Below are positions 53,025 through 64,000 of a DNA stretch of 64,000 nucleotides, piece after piece (within the stretch, counting starts at the first letter, position 1; every line of letters starts with the position of its first letter). The position numbers and the translations under genes are program-made. The notes beneath the pieces were generated by a model. That model was given only the letters and a program-made list of their open reading frames with translations. It had not been told where the DNA came from and ran no database searches. Source of the stretch: Catajapyx aquilonaris (taxonomy: Eukaryota); NCBI GenBank assembly GCA_000934665.2, contig KZ538185.1, positions 1 to 64,000 of the forward strand, written 5' to 3'.

Positions 53025-53101
53025 TTTTTCTCTCGCTTTCCAGCCCCGGTGTCCCGGAAGCCCTTGGCGAAGGGATTGTTGTCGATTTTCAGCTGGGTAA
53101 T
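53025..53101 (-). CDS. omb: omb/Tbx2/3 exon, end of T-box ([25 protein letters not shown])
   Basis: Canonical T-box end motif. Acceptor ccattacag and donor gtgagt; 77 bp, phase 0/2. Not listed in the ORF track. Confidence 0.96.
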
Positions 53102-53750
53102 CTGTAATGGGAAAGAGAGAATGGAATGGCTGCGGGAATTGTTCCATGAATATTAAACTAGAACTCATCCAAGTTTCATGCCGTCGTCTGCCTAGCCCTT
53201 TCTATGTAACTAAAGGCCTGATCACTTCTGCGCGTTTTTTTTGACTTACGTTTTTTTTTTGTAAGCGCATTTCTATCATATGCCGGAGCGGACTGTCGCC
53301 ACTTCAATTGAGCTCTTAACACCTACGATTGTTAAATAAGCGGGTTTGTAATATGCGGAATGATGTAAAGGATGCCGGTTTTTTGTGAGTGTAGGGTTCA
53401 TATGGGTGATGAGCGTGTGGAGGAATGAGAAGGTTGCGACCCCAGCACGGCAGACTTTAAATGAAATTGTAGCCCGCACACTATCATTCCGTGACGTTTT
53501 ATACGGGAAGTTCACTGGCCATTACATGTAAACCCGGATTATGCAATTTTTTTCGGAACATATGTGAATGAGCCAGAAAGTCTGGATTTTCCTAGCATCT
53601 CGCTAGATGGAATGGTCAGCGATGTCTAGCGATTGCATATACACGCACAGGCATTTCGGTGATCCGATCAATGACCACGCGACACTCGACACTATAAGAA
53701 TTTCCGAGCTCTTTTTTTAGGTGGTCATAAATCGGGGTTAACCAGCTTAC

Positions 53751-53897
53751 CTTTTCGTTTTGGTAGGCGGTGACGGCGATGAACTCCGTTTCCTTGAAGA
53801 CGTACGTACGGAAGGTGCTGTACGGAAGCTTCAGGATGTCGTTGGCTCTTACCAGATGGAATCTTGGTTGGTACTTGTGCATGGAGTTCAGGATCGT
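53751..53897 (-). CDS. omb: omb/Tbx2/3 exon, T-box C-terminal half ([49 protein letters not shown])
   Basis: Translation matches the Tbx2/3/omb T-box as I recall it. Acceptor ttttacag and donor AAG|gtaagc; 147 bp, phase 0/0. Confidence 0.96.
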
Positions 53898-56566
53898 CTG
53901 TAAAATAAGGACAGCACAAGGTGGTTAGATGGCGACACATTAAGCTAATGCCTACCCTTGATCATATTCCATAAACAACACAATGACTAATCAACATGAC
54001 AATTAAAACCAGCAATTTGATACGCAACACGATCCGCGCTTGTTATCAAACCCCCCCTTAAAAATTGGGTGCCATAATTATTTAAAAGTAAATGATAAAC
54101 AAAGGTCGGGAAAATCTCTCCGGTACAGCCTATTCAATAGTTCAATGGATCCATACCCATCCAGTAATATATATGTACCCGGGCAACCCTCCCCATTCCA
54201 GCAATCTCTAATTACTGTGTAATTAGCACATGGTGGGTGTAGTTTGGGGGAGGGGGGGAGGGNNNNNNNNNNNNNNNNNNNNNNNNNNNNNNNNNNNNNN
54301 NNNNNNNNNNNNNNNNNNNNNNNNNNNNNNNNNNNNNNNNNNNNNNNNNNNNNNNNNNNNNNNNNNNNNNNNNNNNNNNNNNNNNNNNNNNNNNNNNNNN
54401 NNNNNNNNNNNNNNNNNNNNNNNNATGTTCCTGTACCACCAGGCTCGTTAGTATTGGCGTGGCGAAGCGAGGTGCCCAATCCACCATATCACCCTTCGTT
54501 ATGGACAATTTCATGGCCTTGTGGCCAGCCCCGAATTGTTCCCGAAAAAATCGGGCGCGCGACCCCCAACCAGAAGATTACGGAGTCATTTCGCTTCATT
54601 CTGACGCAATTGTGTCCGCATCTTTTTTTTCTTTTTTTTCTGAGACAGATCGTGGCTAGCATTTTGTACAAATCGGCTGAAAATTGCGGGAGACGGCCAT
54701 GATAGTGATGTGCGCGCTCCCTGGCGGCCTAACAAAACCAGCGTATGGAGCGCTCCAAGCGGTAAGGTGTTATCAGAACCTTAGTTATAAAGTGTCGATC
54801 CCAGGTTCAGATCAGGCGTAAAGGGTGTGGTAAAACAACGACGGAGACTCGTCGAACAACTCTCAGGACCACAAGATAGAAGCTATTCGCCAACATGGGT
54901 TTGACTCCAAGATAACAGCTCATAAGGGTTTTCCCCCCCCCCCCATCTTATAAAACCGTCTTATCTGAAAGTCCTGCCAACTGCCTCTTTCGGAGAAGTT
55001 GGCAAATACTTGGGAAGACAAAAAGACGGTTTTGTCAATTCTGCTTATCGTTGGTGGGGACGCCGCCTAGGCGCCCTCTTATAACCTATACCAGAACTGA
55101 CTCCCTTAGAGTGAAAAACAACCGGAGGCAATTAGGGACATGTCCAAACACGCCAAATGGGTCGCCCATTACCCCCATCTGGTTTTTGGGAGGGACGCTT
55201 GGGTCGTCGTCACTTCTTAGGTTCCAGCAATTCCAGCAATCTTAGATGATGGGAAAGTTTCACCTGAGAAACCATCAGCAACCATCACCTTGAAGGGTAG
55301 GAGGGAAGACTGAAAGTCAGGGCCGCGGCCCTGTCCCTTAGCAGGCACGATCGATGACCTGGCCTCCAGGCCTCAACGACAATTGCCTTTAAAAAAAGGT
55401 CCTCACGTTCCTAACATACCCAAAATTCCATCACAACCTACCATCTATACTGCATATATTTGGGAATGCCCCACTGTAGAAAATGTCATTTAAGGCCTAC
55501 AAGGGTTCTTACAAAAAAAAATGTCTGGCCATTTTCAATACCGTAGCGTATTATTTTTAGCATTTGCCCCTAGCTATCCATGTCATTCACAACAGCTTGT
55601 TATTAACTCTTAATATTTTGTCTCAACGTCATTATTCCCAGTCGCTTCCAGGCCTTCTTAAACAAATATAAATAGAAAGCTTCCCTCTCCTTAATAATTA
55701 AACCATGGGGTTGCATTCCATCAGGAGGTGCCGGGACCCCGTCTTCTCTGCGGGTGAGAGGCGCCAAGACTAACCCTGTTGAAGGGGGGGGGGGGGGGGA
55801 TGGATTCGGGTGGCTAAACTACCAAGCAGTTTTCTCTCCCCCAACTACCCGCACGGCCCACTGTTTGTTTTCCTCGATGAGGAACCTGCTGCCCTTTCTT
55901 TTTGCTCTTTTGGACTCGAAGCACGTCCCTTTCTTTCTCCGCCGGTCCAACTATTGACTTTATTTGATTATCTCGGACAGGGGGGCTCCCCTAAAAGGAA
56001 AAAGGCGATTGTTGTCTACCGCTAGAGGAAGCTGGAGCAACAATGTGGCTGTACTTTTTTTTTAAATGGGATGGAAAATATGGCTTTCTAAACACAACCT
56101 TTGTCAAGGGACATGTCAGGAGAGGGTTGACAGCGGGCGTAATCACTCAATTGACATTGCAAAAAAATACTGCTCCAATTAGCGCTCAGCTTGTTTGCGA
56201 ACGGATCACACAGCCATAGTTGTCTTTGGGTCGTTTGCATAAACTGGACCTTCGGAGGTGAAAACTAATATGTATTTTTCTGATAGACAGAAAGCTAGTG
56301 AAATGTGAATAAAATAATTAAAAATGGGGCATAATTGCACTCCCTACTCTGCCCAGGGCCAGGAGAAAAGGTCTGGTGTATTTCAAGAAAGTCAGAAATG
56401 ACTAAAAATTACAGCGCCCTCCCTTGGGAACCTCCCCTTCCCCCCCCCCNNNNNNNNNNNNNNNNNNCCCCCCCCCCCCAATAAAAATGCAGAATAAAAT
56501 TATTTACACTCGTGTATAAATTATCGTGGTGAATAAAAACACTTACGGCAGTGAATAAAATTATTT

Positions 56567-56794
56567 GAGGGGCTCCCAACAAGAGTGGTTCAAGTCACAA
56601 AATGTTGCTTCCGAGATAATGGTAACGACATACACTGAAGTCATATGTGATCAAATATGAATATTTGCGGTTCAAGAATTTTTCTGCACAACAACCAGTA
56701 TTGCACGTGAAAGATAGTATCGCGACGATGCCAATTGTAAGTTTATATATAATTTTTTGGGGTCACTTGAACCACTCTTGTTGGGAGCCCCCTC
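56567..56794. mobile_element. Sola-like MITE in omb intron
   Basis: ~29-bp TIRs GAGGGG(G)CTCCCAACAAGAGTGGTTCAAGT with GAG..CTC ends and a 4-bp TSD ATTT (56563-56566, 56795-56798). Confidence 0.8.
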
Positions 56795-57814
56795 ATTTAT
56801 GAGAGCGAATAAAATTATTTACAGCGATGAATATTACGATTCTGAATAAAATTATACTTACACTACAGGGAATATAATTATTTATAATGATAAGTAATTT
56901 TTGTTTGTGCATTTTTTCAGCTTTCACTTAGCAAATTGAACCCAGCTGGTCCTCCCCCCTTACATGGTCCTCTAAATATATACGGTCAATATCGGGATCC
57001 TAAGAAGTTTCCGAAAATGCGGGTGGGAACCGGATGGCTCCACTCAAGACGTGGGTTCCGTTTCTAAGTCGGCGACCCGGATAGAAAAAAAAGGACACAC
57101 TTCTAGACAATCCCCCTGTTTGCCTTTCGGAAGAGGCTAGGGGCAACAACAAGCTCAACTTTCTCCCCCCAAAATTTTCAGAGGGCGACTATCACATATC
57201 CTCCCCCCCTCAAAAAAAATCAGCCTATACTATAAATCAATAAATCAATCTAAGAGAGCACCTGCCCCGGGGCCAAACCCTAGTATATAAAAACACATAT
57301 ATCTAAAAAAAAAAGTAGGCCTATTTTTGTGCAGTCAGCGCCAAATTACTTCCCCACCCCGTTCTGTCGAAACCCTGTAATATTCCCCCGTTCACGTTTA
57401 TGTTCTTGAAGGACTTGTTGGTTTAGAGGCGCTATCAAGATGAGGTGGAAGGGGTTGGGGGTGAAACCCCCTGCGTGATGCCTGCTGGGTCCACCAGCAT
57501 TGGAATTAAGCCACGGCTTCCTCGTAGCCACATGTCTATTTTTCACCTCATTGTTAAAACCCTGTGCTGTACTCACACGCGAAGTATCCAGCCACAAATT
57601 ATGTCTCCATATGCTGCCTGACTAGCAATTTAATACAAACGCTATCTGCAATATATTTTGGGAAAAAATCTGACAGCCAGATTACCCAGCCTAACAACAA
57701 TGGTCATGTGTCAGCACTTTGCTCTCACAGCATATATTTATACAATTATATCATTGATTATTATATATGTGGGCTAAAGACTGAGGGCTATAGACTGCTG
57801 CAGAAAGTAGTGTA

Positions 57815-58130
57815 ATGTATGAATAAAATTATCCGGGCATATGGATAAAATTGTAAAGCCTGAATAATTTTATCCATTTACCTGCATAATTTTATTCGTA
57901 TGTCTGCACAATTTTACTCACGTCTGCATTTTATCCATATGCCTATATATAAATATAATGCAGGCATGTGGATAAAATGCAGGCGTGAATAAAATTATGC
58001 AGTCATGTGGATAAAATAATGCAGACGCTAATCAAATTATGTAGACATGTGAATAAAAATATTTAAAATGGTGAATAAATTAATTTAAAATGCAAGGAGA
58101 ATTACTGATAATGGCGAATAAAATTATTTA
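57815..58130. repeat. G(A/G)ATAAAATTAT repeat array with inverted halves
   Basis: Mirror symmetry about ~57950. The same unit occurs at 56480-56900 and 61140-61180. Confidence 0.7.
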
Positions 58131-58419
58131 GAATAGGACAGAATTTTCTGGCATGGAAAGTTGATGCATAATTTTATGCAACTCATTTTCAGAATACTGC
58201 TTTCAGACACTTAGTCTATTTTCCAGATTTTTGGGGAAAGGAGGGGGGGGGGGGATTCTTAGGACAAACAACCATATGGTCTTTTATAAGATATTGGTTG
58301 CAAAAAAAAAGGTCCAAGTCCATTTCTGGCCCCTCTGCCCTCTAGACAGGTTTCCTGAATAGCATCGACGCCACCACCTTGTTTTTCACGTCCTTCTCTT
58401 GAAAACGAGGCCTGTCAGC

Positions 58420-58830
58420 TCGTTCATCCCTTTTGCGGTTGCCTTTTTTGACTTACAGCCCTCCGCCCCTCTTGGCAATTACCAAGAAGATGTCTTAGGC
58501 TACAGTTCCGCCCCCATCGTCACAACACACAGCTGTCGGAAGCTCATCGTGGGCGGTCATAGTGACGTCACCCATATTATTGTCGAAAAATATCGGAATA
58601 TTATTGTATCCATATAATATAGAAATATTTGTCCCACAAAAACGGGGCTGATGAAGTTGTACACCCTGTTGGAGCAATAAGCTATTATTTATCCTCAACC
58701 AGCGCAGGGTTGCCATATCGACAAATCCTTCTGTCACGACTACCATACGGAAACTCCACCCCAATTTTTTCTCCCTTTTATCAACCGCATCGCAATAATT
58801 TGTCCGCAGATGTATCAACCAACTATTTGA
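58420..58830 (+). pseudogene. Possible decayed LINE RT fragment
   Basis: AVAFFDLQ, QGC and LSADV occur in the order and rough spacing of DLxKAFD, QG and FADD. Confidence 0.3.
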
Positions 58831-61800
58831 AACTCATTAAGTGCGGGTGGTAAAAAATTCTCACAAAACTCCCCCATGTTTTTTTTCCGGCCATAAAGCA
58901 TAAACAAGTATCATTAAGGCTGTTCACTTTTCTCGCATTCAGCTAAGGTGTAATTTAGCAGCTGTGTTTGTAAAACAGTATGACTTTTCGATGATTCCGA
59001 TTTTTTTTTCCTTTCGAAAATTGCATATAAAGTACGAATGATTTTTTTTTCTCGAAAATTATAGGCGGCAATTAATTTCTGATGGCCATAGCGCTATGAT
59101 GGTTCTATATACAAAAGCTGGAATAAAAGAGAGGCAGATGTCTATTATTTTTCCCGCTCTATGCCGGGCTTCGTCGAATGACTTTGAAGCGTATTCCCGT
59201 GCTCTATTATTCTTCCATAAAACCCGGAGCAACTGTTTCCTTTCATAACAGTGGCTGCACAAAAGGCCTGAAAATCATTGCAGATTCCTGATGTCGACAT
59301 ATCTCTGCAGTGCCTATGCCACCATACCAGTAATTATAGGCAATCATCCCTTTTGTTTCCGATAATCGCCTTTCTGTTATTCGTTGACAAAGGTATCCTT
59401 ATAGATGGGATGCCGCCCTTCAGCTGCTGTCACCATATGTGCATGGTGTTGCAGCACCTACGATGTCACCTGTCCTGCTATGTATGGTGATGATCAATCC
59501 GCCAACATGCACGAAAATTCATATAGGAGAGTAGGTAAAACAGCAAAAATTTTCACCTAATCGAATTTTTTTCACTAACTTGCTAACTTGAAATATTTTT
59601 GTGAAATTATGTAATTTTTTGGTGTCATCAATTTCTACCTGTACACTGATGCTTCCATTGCAGGGTCTGCCCATTAGGCTCGAGCAAAACAAACAAGGAG
59701 CCGGAGTCAGTAGCGTAGCAAAAACAAGTGGCTAGGTATATGAAATGAAGTGATGGAAGTTGAGGTGGCAACATGGTGGTCCCAGGGTGGCCCAAAGTCA
59801 GGCAGGTAATGGCGGAGGCGGGGCCAGCCGGCGCCAGGCGACCTCCGGGCCGCTGACCTGGCTCATCCTCCCCTCAAACACGCCTGCCAAGCCACCATAC
59901 CCCCCTCTGGCCTTCAAGGGTAGGCCCAGACCTTTGACCTGGCCGTGTGCCCCAAAACCCTCCTTCCTCACACCTCTCCAAACCCCTCACCATGATTTAT
60001 GCCCCAATCTTCACTACAAAAAATAAATAGACCCCAGGCACTATTTCACACAGCTTTGTTTGTCCATACCCCTAAATTGAACTGTGATTTTCAAGCCTAA
60101 AAATGGGCAATCTTTATCACATTATCAGGAGACATGCTACTGCTCAACATCCTATCATTTCCAATCGTGCTCTCTGGACGCAAATTATAGGGTAGAACAG
60201 ATAGGGTGTGTGTGGTTAAGGAGGGAAGAGAGGGGGGAGGGGGGGGGGNGGGGGGGACCAGAAACTATCATCCAACCAAGGTCAAGTCCACTAAGATTTG
60301 GGATCCTGTTCACCTTCCAGAACCATTGCCTCTCAGAACATATGTCGTATTGAAGATGCAATCGATAAAATTGCATGATCGATATATCGAATTTGCGATT
60401 TGGGCTATATTCGGCGATAATATGTGCAACGATATTTAATATTCATTTTACATCATGTCTAGTGTTTCGATTTTAGTCACGAATTTTTGTACTTGCAATA
60501 TTCGACACTTGATATTGCAATACCTGCCAGTCCTGACCAGAGGTCAAGCACCCAGCACGCGATGCTTGTTTATTCCCAGCTGTATGGCAGAGCATCGAGT
60601 CCATCAATCTTCATCGATACGTGAACAATCATTAGCCCCGTGGCTCTACCCCCCCCCCCTCCCCCATGTTATGCGTGCTAATAAAGAAAGTGAAGAGTTG
60701 GGNCCTTCCACTTATTGACACCCTCTCCAAAGTGCACAACAACATGTGCCAGATGGATTGCTTGTGGGCGCTCCCCAAAATTGCGGTTTCAAATACAATT
60801 TCGGCCCATTCCCGCTGATGATATTATCGCCCCGGCCAAATTGAGGCAAAGTAATATGCAAACAAAGCTTAATTGGAGTCCAAATTAACACTAACTTTGG
60901 CATACTTTCCATAACCGCCGCCGGCATTCGCGCTGAGAAACTTTTTATTTTTGGGGGAGTTCTCCGGCGCGAGGTGTTATGGAGAAACTCTGCTTTGGGG
61001 GAAAATTGACACGACTTAATTTAAGGGCCCATCTTTGAGCAAACAGTTTCCTTGATGAACTGCCTTTACCTGCTAGGAATGAATAACACATCAGGTGAAA
61101 ATGAAAAACGTTTCGCGGATAAGTGACAAATTCATCAGGATGGTGAATAAATTAATCAGATGAATAAAATTAATAATTATGTATGCACTTTTTTTGCATG
61201 TTTTGAAATGGCCAGGTAGAGACCACCCCTCAGGTATTCTCGCCAAGGTCAGCCAATTGCCACTGGTTTATCTTCGGCAATCGCTCCAGGCTACACCCAT
61301 CTCCATCGTGTTTACATATAGGTTTTCAGGCCTGCAGGTTGGAACAATCGGCAGCACCCCACACCTCAGCCTGACACTGAAAGCTTTATTGCCCTCCACT
61401 TCAGGCCCGTTTTTTTTCCTTCAAGAATAAGGTGGGGGTAAGGTAAGGAGAGGGGGGTGGGCCAATAAATAATCTCGAACGAGTCGAACGAGATGAAAGA
61501 TTTGAAGCGGGGCAGGCCATCAATTCATAGCCTACTTCGTAAGATAACTTGTCCTGATGTGTTCTTTATTGGGTGCACTATTTGCACCGGGTGAGTCAAC
61601 AGGTTAGAAAAACATCATGTACATTATTATGTGTTCCCATGGGGAAAAAACATCCCTATTCCTACAATTTGAATGTGAAAATCAGAAGCTTCAATTTAAT
61701 CTACTGAGCACATAGGGCCTACCAAAATTTTCCTCTTGGTTCAAACCCTCAACAGATTGAGTCGGAAATACCAACTTTGACAGCTAGTTTTTTTGTGTTC

Positions 61801-62499
61801 CCACCAAACCACCAGCCCCGAAAAACCAAACTTGAAGGGACCCCCATCTATACTTTTATAAGCCAATTTCCGGAGGGGAAAAGAATAATTAAAGTGGAAG
61901 TCAAAATATCCTCTCCCCCCCCCCCCCTAATANNNNNNNNNNNNNNNNNNNNNNNNNNNNNNNNNNNNNNNNNNNNNNNNNNNNNNNNNNNNNNNNNNNN
62001 NNNNNNNCCCCCCCCCCCCTCAAGTCTCCTTAGAAACGTGGTGAAATCGGATTTATTTTGGCAGTAGAAAAGGTGTCTCCCAGTGACGCCTCTTGACGCT
62101 TTGCAATGGCGGCAGCGTCATGTTTGAGCCCTCCCCAGTTGCAGGGCGCTCTAATCCTCTTCAAAAAAAAAAGGCTCCCTTTGCAAATGTACCGGGGGAA
62201 AAGCCGTACCAAACGGCATAATGGAGCGCGTGGCAAACTCCACACCTGCGCGTAAATGACGCTTGCCTATACGATAAAACCCCCTGGTTTGCAAGGTCAA
62301 CACTGCTGGAAATTACTTGCATTGACAATATTAGATCACTACTAGGTCAACCGGCTAGCCTACAATGACCAGCCGGAGGGGTATGGACGGTACGGTAACC
62401 CATATCCGGTGGTATTTGGGCCATCAAGCCCTAAGCTATGGTCAACATCATGTTGATACCCCAAATGTCTGAACACCCTGTACATTCACGTAACCAAGT

Positions 62500-63090
62500 G
62501 ACAAGTATCGCGAATGGCGTCCACATATCCATCAGCTGCGAGTGTCTCCCGTCACAATAGGAGCGCTGTTCGCACGCCATTCAATCGAATGACGGGTATA
62601 TGGCTTATTGTGCAGGAGGCATGTCAGGCGGAAGTCGTCCACACTATCGAAGGTTACGCCTTTAACGCCAACACAATTGTCGCTATCTAAAGAATCGGCG
62701 TCAATAACAAAACGGACGCTTCCTCCGCATCGGTATGGACAGACAAAGGATCTAACTTCGTTGGTGGCTCTGTTGTTAGCTGGCCAGCTACCGACGCCAG
62801 TTACGCTGTTTGGGAAAGACGGGTGTGGGTTAGAATGTGCACATAAGAGGGTAGTTATGAGGACCTCCAGCGCTCTCACTCTGAGTGAGTTTCCGTGTCC
62901 TGGCCGATATCGCAATTAGTGGGGGGACCTGTTCGGGACAAGGACCCCACCTGGTGAGCCAGGTTCTGGGTCTGATACCAGGTTGGATAAGAACCACCGG
63001 TGGTGTGACTACTGCTCCATCCATGCGCTTCAATCTCTGTGTGATGTACAGTGAAATTAGCCTCCAAGAGCCAGACACGATCACTTTTCT
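62500..63090 (-). pseudogene. Decayed LINE RT fragment
   Basis: SWRLISL..RLKRM, QPGIRPR, CDIGQ, SVDDFRL and SIEWR resemble YRPISL, QxGFRPGR, LDISKAFD, YADD and the downstream W. Confidence 0.4.
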
Positions 63091-63127
63091 AACGTATCGG
63101 TAAGTAGAAACTGTCAGCCTACGGCGA

Positions 63128-63641
63128 ACAGATTGGCTGACCGTAACTTACGTTAGGGCGACTACGCAGACGTCAGATTGGCTGGCCGTGACTGACGTTA
63201 GGGCGACTACGCAGACGTCAGATTGGCTGGCCGTGACTTACGTTAGGGCGACTATGCAGACGTCAGATTGGCTGGCCGTAGCTTACGTTAGGGCGACTAC
63301 GCAGACGTCAGATTGGCTGGCCGTGACTGACGTTAGGGCGACTATATGCAGACGTCAGATTGGCTGGCCGTGACTGACGTTAGGGCGACTATATGCAGAC
63401 GTCAGATTGGCTGGCCGTGACTGACGTTAGGGCGACTATATGCAGACGTCAGATTGGCTGGCCGTGACTGACGTTAGGGCGACTATATGCAGACGTCAGA
63501 TTGGCTGGCCGTGACTGACGTTAGGGCGACTATATGCAGACGTCAGATTGGCTGGCCGTGACTGACGTTAGGGCGACTATATGCAGACGTCAGATTGGCT
63601 GGCCGTGACTGACGTTAGGGCGACTATATGCAGACGTCAGA
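63128..63641 (+). repeat. 45/47-bp minisatellite, ~11.5 copies
   Basis: Unit GCAGACGTCAGATTGGCTGGCCGTGACTGACGTTAGGGCGACTA(C/T/TAT). Confidence 0.96.
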
Positions 63642-63642
63642 N

Positions 63643-63648
63643 GAGAGA

Positions 63649-63682
<34 letters not shown>
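63643..63682 (+). repeat. (GA)n microsatellite
   Basis: Directly visible. Confidence 0.95.
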
Positions 63683-63684
<2 letters not shown>

Positions 63685-64000
63685 CGGCGGAACCCTCCAA
63701 ACACAGCCAGCCCATTGTCTCTCTATTTGCATCCCCCTTCGGTCCCCTTTCGACGGCACTCAACCTTTCCCAAATGGGCTTTGGCAAAACCACCAATCCC
63801 GACCGGGGATGCCATTGTTGCCGCGCTCTCTTGTCGCCGCGGGAAACACCATCCCCTCCCCTCATCATATTTTTTAAACCCCCTCACTCCTGTTTGTCCC
63901 TCCGGAACAATCTAATTGCGCACAATGAGTGTTGGTAAAAAGTTCGGGGGGGCTTCACGCCGCCATTGGGTTTTTTGGGTGGATCCGCCATGTTGTTGCC

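Noticed and set aside
53616..53750. C-terminal part of ORF 53616..53882
   Set aside because: Intron read-through after the gtaagc donor.
54952..55033. Structured intronic RNA
   Set aside because: Only two short interrupted stems; compatible with chance.
59413..59456. miRNA-like hairpin
   Set aside because: The stem is too short and no known mature sequence was recognised.
61105..61140. Minus-strand hammerhead (CTGATGA...GAAACG)
   Set aside because: No stem I or stem II pairing.
63128..63641. CRISPR-like array (also 36177-36608)
   Set aside because: Head-to-tail repeats without unique spacers, in a eukaryotic context with no cas genes.
53898..64000. Upstream T-box exons (…KLKLTNN…)
   Set aside because: Not found by eye; they presumably lie beyond the window or in a gap.

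Overview
Animal genomic DNA, most likely arthropod (inferred from the protein sequence and repeat types), with no prokaryotic features. The only supported protein-coding gene is the 3' part of a minus-strand T-box transcription factor of the Tbx2/3 family (optomotor-blind/bifid). Four phase-compatible exons (53897-53751, 53101-53025, 48647-48436, 47790-46886) give 446 aa. The earlier T-box exons were not found and probably lie beyond 64000. The remaining ~46 kb downstream of the gene, plus its introns, hold tRNA-derived SINEs, several MITE/foldback families, minisatellites, poly-G/C tracts and many heavily decayed retroelement pol fossils (Gypsy-like, DIRS-like, LINE-like), recognised only by eye from residual motifs. 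The most unusual item is a ~190-bp triple-arm foldback at 34240-34429 whose two arms each carry a degenerate hammerhead-ribozyme-like motif. I cannot support a claim of a wholly new biological system; the findings are candidates for follow-up.
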